Assembly (NCBI GenBank): GCA_963664815.2
Contig: CAXXHB010000003.1
Coordinates: forward strand, 4,192,001 to 4,256,000
Reading direction: 5' to 3'
Length of the DNA stretch: 64,000 bases
Source: Spirochaetota bacterium
GTDB taxonomy: Bacteria > Spirochaetota > UBA4802 > UBA5550
Every line of letters begins with the position of its first letter. The stretch's first letter is position 1. Below, in pieces: positions 31,716 to 42,004 of the stretch. The notes below the pieces were generated by a model, which saw nothing but the letters and a program-made list of their open reading frames with translations, did not search any database and had not been told where the DNA came from. The position numbers and the translations under genes were made by a program.

Positions 31716-34354
31716 TTCGCTGTCTTCTCTTTTACAAGTAGAAATTCCACACGACGGTTTCTCCTCCTGTTTTCATCATTATTGTTTGGATAAAACGGGA
31801 GGCTCTCACCCATTCCGACATATTTGAGTCTCGCTGTGTCCGTTCCTTTATGCACAAGATAGTTTTTCACTGCTGATGCCCTTTTTTCTGACAATGCAAG
31901 ATTGTACTCTTCATCTCCTGCATCATCAGTATGCCCCTCTATAATTACATTGTATAAACAATACTTTTCAAGTATATGATAAACCCTATCAAGAATCTTT
32001 GTCCCCCTTTTACCAATAATTGAACTTCCGAAGTCGAACTCAATATTGCTTACTCTCATTTTAAGTCCCCGTTCAGTGACTATAACAAGTATATCAACTT
32101 TAATTTTATCATTCGCCGTTTCTGAAACATTCCCAGCTGCATCGACAGCGCAGAACTGAACGTCATAATCAGACGCCGATTCAATTAGTTCCCCATTAAT
32201 TCCTTTACCGTCCCATGTCAGATGATCCGGCACACTTCCCTTCCCACTGAATTTTTTAAACAGTATGCCGCTTTCATTATATATGTTTATTTCCCAACGG
32301 TCAAAACCAGTATTATCCGAGGCTTTCAGTTTCAGTATAAGATAATCATTTTCTCCATCACCATCCGGAGAAAAAAGATCTGGTTCATGGGATATAGTAA
32401 TGTAAGGCGGAGTACTGTCAAAAATAAGCCTCTTTGGAAAAGATATCGGATTATTACCGCTAACATACCACGCTGAAAAACGAACCTTATATATGCCATC
32501 ATCAAGTTTTTTCCCTTTTAAATCGAGACAGTCCCAGTCTACAAAGCCAGGAACTGTCCCTGTTCCTGAGAGACTCCTTATAATATTTTTATCATTACTG
32601 TCTTTTATTGTAATTTCCCATCTTTCAATTCCTTTAACAGAAGAAAGATCTGGAAAAAATCTTAATAACGGCTTCTCTGCCTTTTTATAAGAAAAATATT
32701 CATTCTCAAACCTTATATCCGCTGTTTCCATTTTTGTCGTTAGTATTATTTCACGTAATTCTGCAGATGCCCTGTTCCCCGCTTTATCAGTTGAGGATAC
32801 AGAGTAAAAGTATAACCCGTCAGGCAATACTGTTCCCGATTGATCAAAGCCTGCCCATACAACTTTCTCGGGGACTGACTCTCCACTCCATTCGAATGAA
32901 GAAACAGTTACACCCTCTGCATTTTTTATTTCACCTTTCCAGATATCTTCCGGTGAAGATTTGATTTTCTGATGAATTACTAGTATATCTTTATTCTTAT
33001 CACCGTTTGGAGAAAAAATCATAGAATCAGCTTTTATATTGACTATTGGAGGTGTATTGTCAATCACAAGCACTCCTGATTTAACCGGTGCTATGTTGTC
33101 CCTCGCATCCCATGCGTAAAAATAGTATTTATATTTTCCATCGGGAAGTTTATTCCCCGAATTATCGGTACCGTCCCACAAAATTTTTTCAGGAACCGTT
33201 ATTGAGCTCTTTTTGCTGAAAAGCCTTTTAAAGAATACCGAAATGGTTATGCTGTCTTCAATTTCCCGGTCGCTCATCTTAAATTCTTTTACTATCATAT
33301 CCTTTTCGTCTGAAATCTGAAGTTTCCATCCCCCTATCCGGCTCTGATCTCGGGCATCAATATCAAATATAAGATAGTCCTGAACTCCATCGTAATTTGG
33401 AGAGATGAAAGTATAATCCGGCTTTATAGTTAAAATCGGCGGTTCACGATCAATCGCTCCATATTCAACAGTAATCCCCGCAAAATGATTTATTCCCTGA
33501 TCTTGTGAGTAAGCCATCGCATAATTGATTGATGTGCTGAATGTATCACCGGTATATTTATACCCGATACCACCTGTATAAGTCATATAATCATAACACT
33601 CCGGAATAACCGCCCCAGCCCTGAGAAAAAACGTTTTTAAAATTCCAGCTTCAAATCCTAACTTGACAGGATATTGTCTGCATTCTTTTATCACGGACAG
33701 ATCATTATAAAATCCTAAACTAACGGTCCTGTTTCTGTAAAAATCAAAACTATATCCCGCAGAAACAGAATTAAGATCTGAATCCGCTCCAGAACTGTAG
33801 CCAGCATTAAATGTTATCCCAAACGCCGGGTTAATAAATCCAAAACCATTTATGGTAGATATTCCGTCAAACCTGTATATAATCCCCGGGTTTATCCCCG
33901 TGTAATAATTTTTTTCGTTAAATTCCGAGTACATCCCCTCAAAGGCAATCCCGAAAATAAGTTTCGCTGTAACCTCTTTTGCAATACCAAAAGAAAAACA
34001 ATACCCCTTCTGTTCAGGATTACCATCCACACCGAAATATCCCGCTCCGAAACCCAGAACACCATACATCGTTGGTACAGCCAATACTGAATAGGGATAG
34101 AAAAAATCTCCACCAAGAGACCCGTAATTAAAACTCAAACTGAATCTTTCCAGAAGTGCCATGGAGGCAGGATTAAACGGAGAAAATTCACCAGAAACTG
34201 AGGATACACCAGTTCCGGCTCTTCCGGTATAATATGCACTACCTCCAGAAAGAAAAGAATTTCCTGCCGATGATGCATTTAATGCAGATATAAATGATAC
34301 AATAAATACTGGGATTAGAAATATGAACTGTTTCTTTAATTTCATAAATAACAC
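31712..34354 (-). CDS. OmpA-family protein: N-terminal beta-barrel-like region, FlgD/CHU_C-like Ig repeats, C-terminal OmpA domain
   Basis: Signal peptide; NPAS and aromatic/Gly strands; SPNYDG/SPNGDK/SPDGDG and WDG...LPDG.Y repeats; IEGHTD, LSEKRA, RRNRRVEF. Confidence 0.88.
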   Translation of the reverse strand: MLFMKLKKQFIFLIPVFIVSFISALNASSAGNSFLSGGSAYYTGRAGTGVSSVSGEFSPFNPASMALLERFSLSFNYGSLGGDFFYPYSVLAVPTMYGVLGFGAGYFGVDGNPEQKGYCFSFGIAKEVTAKLIFGIAFEGMYSEFNEKNYYTGINPGIIYRFDGISTINGFGFINPAFGITFNAGYSSGADSDLNSVSAGYSFDFYRNRTVSLGFYNDLSVIKECRQYPVKLGFEAGILKTFFLRAGAVIPECYDYMTYTGGIGYKYTGDTFSTSINYAMAYSQDQGINHFAGITVEYGAIDREPPILTIKPDYTFISPNYDGVQDYLIFDIDARDQSRIGGWKLQISDEKDMIVKEFKMSDREIEDSITISVFFKRLFSKKSSITVPEKILWDGTDNSGNKLPDGKYKYYFYAWDARDNIAPVKSGVLVIDNTPPIVNIKADSMIFSPNGDKNKDILVIHQKIKSSPEDIWKGEIKNAEGVTVSSFEWSGESVPEKVVWAGFDQSGTVLPDGLYFYSVSSTDKAGNRASAELREIILTTKMETADIRFENEYFSYKKAEKPLLRFFPDLSSVKGIERWEITIKDSNDKNIIRSLSGTGTVPGFVDWDCLDLKGKKLDDGIYKVRFSAWYVSGNNPISFPKRLIFDSTPPYITISHEPDLFSPDGDGENDYLILKLKASDNTGFDRWEINIYNESGILFKKFSGKGSVPDHLTWDGKGINGELIESASDYDVQFCAVDAAGNVSETANDKIKVDILVIVTERGLKMRVSNIEFDFGSSIIGKRGTKILDRVYHILEKYCLYNVIIEGHTDDAGDEEYNLALSEKRASAVKNYLVHKGTDTARLKYVGMGESLPFYPNNNDENRRRNRRVEFLLVKEKTAK

Positions 34355-34509
34355 TTAAGTTTAAATTTAATGACAGATTACATCTATCTGGAATCGAATC
34401 AAGACTTTTTTACAACATGAGATTTTACTGCGTTTATGTTTTTGAAATTATATATAAAAAAAATACCAAATGCTTGAAAAAATCGGATATATAATAGTAA
34501 TTATCCTCT

Positions 34510-35469
34510 ATGAGAATAGTTGAGGCAAATGAAAAGAATATACAGATATCCGCAGACATTATAAAATGCGGAGGGCTTGTTGCTTTCCCCACGGAAACGG
34601 TTTATGGCTTAGGCGCCGATGCCCTGAATCCCGTTGCAACAGCAAGGATATTTGAGGCAAAAAATAGACCCTCCTTTGATCCACTTATTGTTCACATAGC
34701 TGAACTTTCAGATATCGAGAAAATTGCACGGCATATCGATCCTAAGGGATTCAGATTAATGGAAAAATTCTGGCCTGGACCGCTTACCATAGTACTTGGA
34801 AAAAAAGATATAGTCCCCGATATAGTTACCTCGGGATTGCCCACTGTTGCGCTGAGAATGCCCTTACATCCGGCGGCAAGATCGCTCATCCGTGCTGCTG
34901 GTACGCCAATTGCCGCCCCCAGCGCTAACAGATTCGGATGTCTCAGCCCCACCACGGCACAACATGTTTATAATCAGCTGGGTGAGTCTGTTGACATTAT
35001 ACTCGATGGAGGATCATGCAGTATCGGAATCGAATCCACAATAGTCAAGATTATGGATAACAGAGTATATCTCCTAAGACCCGGCGGAACCGCAGATGAA
35101 GAGATTGAAGACTATATTGGTGAAACACTTCTTGCTGACAGCCCGCATGACAAACCTGAGGCGCCGGGTCAGCTTCCATACCACTACTCTCCTGAAAAAC
35201 AGGTTATACTTATAGACAAAATCATTACCTGCGATAAACGTAGCGGTTATCTTTTTTTCAGAAAACCGGGATTTAAATACCCTGAAGATCAATCAAGAGT
35301 TCTTTCAGAAAATGGAGACATGAGGGAAGCTGCTGCGAATCTTTTTTTACATCTTCACTGGCTCGACATGCTTGATATAGATAAAATATATGTTGAAAGA
35401 GTTGACGGAGCAGGTTTAGGCCTCGCTATAATGGACAGGCTGAAAAAAGCATCAATGAGATTCATCTGA
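34510..35469 (+). CDS. sua5: Threonylcarbamoyl-AMP synthase (Sua5/TsaC2 type)
   Basis: VAFPTETVYGLGA, KNRP..DPLIVH, FWPGPLT, AAPSAN, APGQLPYHYSP, AIMDRLKKAS. Confidence 0.95.
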   Translation: MRIVEANEKNIQISADIIKCGGLVAFPTETVYGLGADALNPVATARIFEAKNRPSFDPLIVHIAELSDIEKIARHIDPKGFRLMEKFWPGPLTIVLGKKDIVPDIVTSGLPTVALRMPLHPAARSLIRAAGTPIAAPSANRFGCLSPTTAQHVYNQLGESVDIILDGGSCSIGIESTIVKIMDNRVYLLRPGGTADEEIEDYIGETLLADSPHDKPEAPGQLPYHYSPEKQVILIDKIITCDKRSGYLFFRKPGFKYPEDQSRVLSENGDMREAAANLFLHLHWLDMLDIDKIYVERVDGAGLGLAIMDRLKKASMRFI

Positions 35470-35490
35470 AATATGTAAAAGGAAAAAACA

Positions 35491-36270
35491 ATGAATTCCG
35501 GAAAAGATTTATTTATAGATACAAAAATTCATAGCTCAATCTTCACAGGATTTATAAACACATTCCGATCATTTTCATTGTTATGGAACGATAAAGATCT
35601 GCTGATTTATTTCATCGTTCCATTTTTTCTTAATATAGCAATACTCTCTATTATATTCTATTTCTCGTACACTTCACTTGTCCCATTAATTCAGTCATTT
35701 CTTTCCGGTGACCAGTGGTATATACAGTTTATCCGTTTTTTAGTCTCCCCTGTACTTTTTGCAATGATTCTTATATCTTCGGTTTTCATTTATTCAATTG
35801 CCGGAGTAATTATCACATCTCCCTTTCTCGATATTCTTTCCGGAAAAACTGAAAAATCTCTCGATATTGCAGACAGCGGAGGGGAATTTTATTTTAAAGA
35901 TATCACATTTGACATTCTCCGTGTTATATTAAATACAATCCGCCTTCTCTTTCTTTTAATTATAATAAACTTCCTTCTACTGCTTATCAATATTATTCCA
36001 GGCGGGAGCTTTTTATATATTTTTTTAAATTTTTTTTCCGCTCTGTTTTTCTATGGTTTTCAGTTTTATGATTTCCCTCTTGAAAGAAGAAGATACAGTT
36101 TCAATGAAAAACTGATTATCACATGGAAATTCCGATGGTCAGTCTTAGGTAGTGGACTTTCCTTTTTCCTTATTTCATTCATACCTGTAATTGGTTTCCT
36201 GGGACTGAATCTCTGCACCATTGGAGCTGCATTAACATATAACGAAGATATTCACCCTGTATTAAGATAA
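35491..36270 (+). CDS. EI24/CysZ-like membrane protein
   Basis: IITSPFLDILSGKTE, FYDFPLERR, IPVIG, TM helices. Confidence 0.75.
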   Translation: MNSGKDLFIDTKIHSSIFTGFINTFRSFSLLWNDKDLLIYFIVPFFLNIAILSIIFYFSYTSLVPLIQSFLSGDQWYIQFIRFLVSPVLFAMILISSVFIYSIAGVIITSPFLDILSGKTEKSLDIADSGGEFYFKDITFDILRVILNTIRLLFLLIIINFLLLLINIIPGGSFLYIFLNFFSALFFYGFQFYDFPLERRRYSFNEKLIITWKFRWSVLGSGLSFFLISFIPVIGFLGLNLCTIGAALTYNEDIHPVLR

Positions 36271-36382
36271 ATTCTAAAAACACTTCGGGATCTTCTTTCC
36301 GATAATATCAATAAAAGAAAGGAATCAACAAATCGAAGGTATAACTTAATAACACTGACTGTAAAAAATATTTCAGTTATAA

Positions 36383-37000
36383 ATGGAGAAAACTTCCGTG
36401 AAAAGTAAATTCATAGTATTTGAAGGAATAGACGGCTCTGGCAAATCCACACAGTGTTCGCTTCTTTATAATTTCATACTATCTCAAAATATTCCAGCCA
36501 GGCTTCTTGCCGAACCGACAGCAGGAGAATACGGTAAGATGATCAGAAAAATGCTTCAAGGTGAAACTGCTATATCTGTAAAAGAGCAGATACAGTTATT
36601 CATGGATGACCGACAGCAGGATTGCGAACTAAACATTAACCCATGCATAGAGAAAGGCATAACCATCGTTATGGACAGATATTTTTATTCCAATGCCGCA
36701 TACCAGGGCTCACAGAATTTTTCACCTGCAGAAATAATCAAAAAAAATATAAACAGAGGATTCCCGCTTCCTGACCGAGTTTATTATATCGATATTGAAC
36801 CTGCTGAGGCATTGAAAAGAATCATGACAAGAAACGGTACAGGTAAAACTGATCTTTTCGAAAAAAAGACATTCCTTGATGTAGTAAGAGATAATTTTTT
36901 ATCCTTTATTGACGAACGATTTTTCAAAATAGATGGGAACCTTAGCCCTGAAGTAATTTTCAGTATTATAAAAAACGACTATATTTCATTAATCAGTTAA
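36383..37000 (+). CDS. tmk: Thymidylate kinase
   Basis: FIVFEGIDGSGKST, EP, DRYFYSNAAYQG. Confidence 0.96.
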   Translation: MEKTSVKSKFIVFEGIDGSGKSTQCSLLYNFILSQNIPARLLAEPTAGEYGKMIRKMLQGETAISVKEQIQLFMDDRQQDCELNINPCIEKGITIVMDRYFYSNAAYQGSQNFSPAEIIKKNINRGFPLPDRVYYIDIEPAEALKRIMTRNGTGKTDLFEKKTFLDVVRDNFLSFIDERFFKIDGNLSPEVIFSIIKNDYISLIS

Positions 37001-37024
37001 AGCTAAAACAATCTGGAGAAATCG

Positions 37025-39472
37025 ATGCTAAAAATGAAATTAACCTTTCTAATTATTTTATTTGCAACTTCTGTTACGCCATATTTATATTCTGCAGATA
37101 ATCCTTTTCCTCTTCCCCCTTCTGCGTTTTCGGCAAGTTACTCCGTGGGTTCATTTTCTTCATTGCTGAATCCGGTATTTACAGATATTGATAATACCGG
37201 TACTCTGGCATTCCGATACTTATCATATAACAATACAGATGACGCTAATCTTTTTTCATCACTGAATTTATTCGGTTTTGATTTTTCATTTTGCAGGTAT
37301 AACACAATTCCTGATGTAAACGGTAATAATTTACTTGAATCAGGTACAAATTTTTATAGTATAAACAGGGGGGTTTTCTTCGAAAATGTTTTCGGTTTCG
37401 GTGCAGGTTATTCATTTACCGCAGGGGGAGATGATTATTTCAGAGACTTCAGCGGATGGAATATAGGATTACTTTACAGACCTGTGCCATATTTCTCTTT
37501 TGGAATTGTATTCAGGAACATTCATGGACAGATAAATGAAGAAAAAATTAATAGAAACGATGTATACTCAGTATCATTAAGACCATGGGGAGAGAAACTA
37601 ACACTCTCCGGCGATTACATAAAAAAAGAGAATAAAAGTTTCAAAAATTCTGAATTCTGTTATTCTGGAGAATTCAAATTAAAAGAAGGGATGACCCTTC
37701 TTTTAAAATATAATACCGCTGACAGTTTTACAGCCGGGTTGACTTTCCCCTTTTTCATTAGAGACAAAAACGGAATTGAAATAATTCCGGATGTATATGC
37801 ATCCGGCAAATCTGAAACTTCAAATTTCTACAGTACTGGTATATCTTTAAGTTTAAAAAGAAATGATGAAGCTATGCCGGTAGCGATTAAACAGAATTTT
37901 ATCAATTTGAAAATCAACGGGGACTATGCATCGGAACGTGATGAACCGTCATTCTTTCAGAAAAGAAAGCCAGTTTTTCAGGATCTTGTAAGGTGTATAG
38001 AGAAAGCGAGATACGACCAGACTATATCAGGCATTATAATAGAAATAAATAACACCGGTTTTGGCATGGCCCAGGTCCAGGAGGTAAGAGATCTGTTGAA
38101 CAGATACCGTACAGGGGGGAAAAAGGTCTATGTAATACTTAACTATTCCGGTAACAAGGAATATTATCTTGCAACAGCCTCAGACAAAATTTTTTTTACG
38201 CCAAACAGTACTTTTGCAATAACAGGACTTACAGTTAAAACCTATTTTTTCAAAGGACTTTTTGATAAAACCGGGGTTAAATATGAATCGGTTAGCAAAG
38301 GTAAATACAAATCATTTAATGAAATGTTCACAAGAAAAGAGATGTCCATAGAAGCCAGAGAAAATATAACTGCAATAGTTTCTGAACTTAATGACCAGTA
38401 TATAAATGGGATAATTGAAAGTAGAAAGCTCACTCGTGACGCCGTAGAAGAACTCTTTAAAAAAGGATTTTACACTCCCGCTGAAGCTAAAGATAAAGGA
38501 TTTATAGATGAAGTAATGTATGCCAATGAGGCCAACTTTTTAATTGGTAAAAATATCCGCACAATCCCGCTTGAAGATTACATTGAAGAAAAGACCCGGA
38601 TTACAACCTGGGGATCCATTCCAACCATAGCAGTTATAAATGTAAACGGTTCAATAATCTCCGGTGATGGTAGCAACTCTGCAATTACAAATACCACTGG
38701 AGACAACGACTATAAATATGCAATTGATACCGCATTCAGTGATCCGTCAGTCAAAGCAGTCGTTATAAGAATCAATTCAGGCGGAGGTTCAGCTGCCGCT
38801 TCTGATTTTATGTGGAACACTCTTTATTCCGCGAAAAAAGATAACCCGAAGCCTGTAGTTTTTTCTTTCGGTAACACTGCTGCTTCGGGAGGATACTATA
38901 TAGCCTGTACAGGAGATATGATCTTTGCAGAAAAAGGAACCATTACAGGTTCTATAGGAGTTATCGCGGGGAAAGTAACAACTGAGGAACTATACTCAAA
39001 GCTCGGCATAAGTACAGAAACCATAAAAATGAGTGAATTTGCCGATATTTTTTCCGAATCAAGAAGCCTCACTCAAAAAGAGAAGAAACTTTTACAAAAA
39101 GGAATAAGCTTCATTTACGACAGATTTACCGGAAAAGTTATGGAAGGGAGAGGTATTTCGAAAGAAGAAATATCCAAAGTTGCAGAGGGGAGAATTCACA
39201 CTGGTGCAGCTGCAAAGGAAAACAGGCTTGTTAATGAAACAGGGGGGATTATTGCAGCTATTGAATATGCAAGGATTAAAGCAGAAATGAACTCACAATA
39301 CAAAATTGTAAATCTACCGGAAAACAGATCATTTATTGATGGCTTAATCGACGAAAAAATTTCAGCTTCATACTTTAAGCATATGAAATTCCTGCTCCAG
39401 AACATTGAACAATACAGGATGCTAGAGGAGAAAACCCTTTATCTACAGCCGTACACGATTGAAATTGAATAA
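37025..39472 (+). CDS. sppA: Signal peptide peptidase SppA (two S49 domains) with N-terminal barrel-like extension
   Basis: YYLATA.D, GKYKS, RINSGGGS, AASGGYYIA, TITGSIGV, AEGRIHTG. Confidence 0.9.
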   Translation: MLKMKLTFLIILFATSVTPYLYSADNPFPLPPSAFSASYSVGSFSSLLNPVFTDIDNTGTLAFRYLSYNNTDDANLFSSLNLFGFDFSFCRYNTIPDVNGNNLLESGTNFYSINRGVFFENVFGFGAGYSFTAGGDDYFRDFSGWNIGLLYRPVPYFSFGIVFRNIHGQINEEKINRNDVYSVSLRPWGEKLTLSGDYIKKENKSFKNSEFCYSGEFKLKEGMTLLLKYNTADSFTAGLTFPFFIRDKNGIEIIPDVYASGKSETSNFYSTGISLSLKRNDEAMPVAIKQNFINLKINGDYASERDEPSFFQKRKPVFQDLVRCIEKARYDQTISGIIIEINNTGFGMAQVQEVRDLLNRYRTGGKKVYVILNYSGNKEYYLATASDKIFFTPNSTFAITGLTVKTYFFKGLFDKTGVKYESVSKGKYKSFNEMFTRKEMSIEARENITAIVSELNDQYINGIIESRKLTRDAVEELFKKGFYTPAEAKDKGFIDEVMYANEANFLIGKNIRTIPLEDYIEEKTRITTWGSIPTIAVINVNGSIISGDGSNSAITNTTGDNDYKYAIDTAFSDPSVKAVVIRINSGGGSAAASDFMWNTLYSAKKDNPKPVVFSFGNTAASGGYYIACTGDMIFAEKGTITGSIGVIAGKVTTEELYSKLGISTETIKMSEFADIFSESRSLTQKEKKLLQKGISFIYDRFTGKVMEGRGISKEEISKVAEGRIHTGAAAKENRLVNETGGIIAAIEYARIKAEMNSQYKIVNLPENRSFIDGLIDEKISASYFKHMKFLLQNIEQYRMLEEKTLYLQPYTIEIE

Positions 39473-39534
39473 ACTAAATTTGTTGACAAATATTAAAAAT
39501 TGAATTATTCATATAAAATATAAGGCAGGTTAAT

Positions 39535-40476
39535 ATGAAAGTTACTCTGGCAAATCATACAAAAACATTACTTAAACCCTTGGAGGAGATCGCTCCCGAT
39601 TTTAATCTGGATATTACTGAGCTTCATAATCAACCACTAGTTGAAGTGCTGAACACAGACATGCCAGAGCTCGTAATAATAAACTGGATCGATGGAATGA
39701 ATGATGAAATATGCTCTGGCATAAAAAAAATAAAGAATATGAAAAGCCGTCCATATATACTGCTTATAGGTACCAGAGATACAGCCGGCAACCTGTCTGA
39801 AGGAATAAAATCTGGCGCTGATGATTTTATCTCGATTCCTTTTACAAAAGATGAACTTAAACTGAAATTTCAGGTCATTAAAAAAAATAACGATCTCAAA
39901 AATAATCTGATGAAGACAAAGAAAAAACTACTCAGATTTGCAAAAGAGGATCCAGTAACATCAGTTCTGAACAGGAGAGCGCTTCTGGATGAAATGCTTA
40001 ATGAAATGGGCCGCGCATCAAGAAACGGCGATTTTACATGTTCAATAATGATAAATCTCCACAATTATAATGAACTTCTTAATGAGACAGGTACCAAAGT
40101 TTTCGAAGCATTCCTCGGTGAATTTGCTTCACGACTTAAAAAATCAATAAGACCTTATGACAAAATTGGAAGATTTGAATTATCCCGTTTTATAATATTC
40201 CTCCCCCATGCTAAAAATAAAGACGCCGAAAAGGTTGCAGAGAGAATTATTAAGAATCTTCAGAGTAAAAAATTCAGGTATAAAAATAATTACATAGAAC
40301 CATGTATTTCGATAGGAATATCGGAGCTCGATCCTGCTCATGTTGAAAAAACTGGCAAACCCGAAGACCATCAGATGAATGACCTGATACTTGAATCATT
40401 CATAAGAAGATCCGAATTTGCGACAAGCAGAGCGTGTGAAAAAGGCGACAATAAAATAGAAATTTATTCTTTTTGA
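39535..40476 (+). CDS. Degenerate REC-GGDEF protein (PleD/WspR-like architecture)
   Basis: GADDFI..PF receiver remnant; DPVTSVLNRR; RPYDKIGRFELSRF in place of RxxD...GGDEF. Confidence 0.85.
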   Translation: MKVTLANHTKTLLKPLEEIAPDFNLDITELHNQPLVEVLNTDMPELVIINWIDGMNDEICSGIKKIKNMKSRPYILLIGTRDTAGNLSEGIKSGADDFISIPFTKDELKLKFQVIKKNNDLKNNLMKTKKKLLRFAKEDPVTSVLNRRALLDEMLNEMGRASRNGDFTCSIMINLHNYNELLNETGTKVFEAFLGEFASRLKKSIRPYDKIGRFELSRFIIFLPHAKNKDAEKVAERIIKNLQSKKFRYKNNYIEPCISIGISELDPAHVEKTGKPEDHQMNDLILESFIRRSEFATSRACEKGDNKIEIYSF

Positions 40477-40479
40477 ATA

Positions 40480-41709
40480 TTATTCAATTTCGTGAACAAT
40501 GAAACCATCTCTCAGCTTTGGTTCAAACCATGTGGATTTTGGAGGCATAATCATCCCCGCATCCGAAACATTCATTAGCTGTTCTATCTCCGTAGGATAC
40601 ATTGAAAATGCCACAACAAAATTTCCCGAATCGACGACCTTTTCAAGCTCAGACGTTCCCCTTATCCCCCCTACAAAATCAATCCTTTTATCTTTTCGCG
40701 GATCATTTATTCCAAGAAAAGGGGAGAGGACTTTTTTCTGAATAATTGTCACATCCAGAGATTCAATAGGGTCCGAAGGAATATTGAACTTCGGCTTCAA
40801 CGTATACCATTCTTTACTAATATACATTGAAAAGGTATTAACATTCACAGGTACCTTGAGATTGCTCTTTTCTACAGTAAATTCCCTGTCAAGTTTTTTC
40901 ATAAACTCTTCTGACGTCATCCCATTTAAATCTTTGACCACTCTGTTATATGCCAGAATCTTCAACTGTGTATGAGGGAAAATTACGGCCAGGAACCCAT
41001 TAAATTCCTCTTTTCCTGTATATTCCGGATTTTTTTCACGCCGCATTTTTGCGACTCTCACAGCAGAAGCTGCTCTGTGGTGACCATCCGCAATATAAAG
41101 TTCATCCTTTAAAAAAGATTCTTCGAGTTTGAAAATGAGTGATTTGTCATCTATCAGCCTTACAATGTGCCTTATGCCATCATCTGCAGTAATGTCATAA
41201 ACTGGTTCCACTTTCATCGCCATTTCAACAAGTTTTCTTTTTTCATCGCTGTCTCTGTAAATTAAAAAAACAGGGCCCGTGTTTGCCTTTGTAGCATCTA
41301 TATGCCTGGTTCTATCAAGTTCCTTCTCCTCTCTGGTCAACTCATGTTTTTTTATAATTTCATTGAGATAATCATCAACATCGGCGCATGCCACAATCCC
41401 GGTCTGCATCCTCCCTGCCATAACCTGTGAATAAAGGTAGAATATCGGACTCTTATCCTCAACCATATAACCTTTGGCTTTAAATAAATCATAAGTCTCT
41501 TTCGCTTTTCTGTAAACTTCCGGCGAATACGGATCGGTACCGGGAGCAAGATCCATCTCCGATCTGGTGACATGATAAAAATTGTATGGATTTTTACCAG
41601 CAATCTCAATAACCTCGGGAAGAGAGACAACGTCATAGGGAAGCTCCGCTATTTTGTCAGCAAGATCTTTAACCGGCCTGGTTCCTCTGAAAGCTCTGAT
41701 TTTTGCCAT
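40480..41709 (-). CDS. DUF1015 family protein
   Basis: PYDVV, IKKHELT, YIADGHHR, RIDFVGGIRG, MPPKSTWFEPKL. Confidence 0.92.
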   Translation of the reverse strand: MAKIRAFRGTRPVKDLADKIAELPYDVVSLPEVIEIAGKNPYNFYHVTRSEMDLAPGTDPYSPEVYRKAKETYDLFKAKGYMVEDKSPIFYLYSQVMAGRMQTGIVACADVDDYLNEIIKKHELTREEKELDRTRHIDATKANTGPVFLIYRDSDEKRKLVEMAMKVEPVYDITADDGIRHIVRLIDDKSLIFKLEESFLKDELYIADGHHRAASAVRVAKMRREKNPEYTGKEEFNGFLAVIFPHTQLKILAYNRVVKDLNGMTSEEFMKKLDREFTVEKSNLKVPVNVNTFSMYISKEWYTLKPKFNIPSDPIESLDVTIIQKKVLSPFLGINDPRKDKRIDFVGGIRGTSELEKVVDSGNFVVAFSMYPTEIEQLMNVSDAGMIMPPKSTWFEPKLRDGFIVHEIE

Positions 41710-42004
41710 TGTTTACTTAACCTCATCTATCATATGCAGAACAATATACCATAATATCTTGCAGCTGTAATTATATTTCCACCAGTTATGGCACGAAGGA
41801 AATAATTATTCTTAAACGGTTTTGAGCCGTTACTTTAGACCATAACTAATAAATAAAAATTATTTTCAAGAAGAAAACATTATTTATTATTTCATGGTTT
41901 TTCTAAATCTCCTTTGGCAAAATGTTAAACAAAATACTGTCAATAAAAACTTGACATACATAATAATTCCATTTTCCTGTAAAAAAATATTAAGGAATAT
42001 CCAT

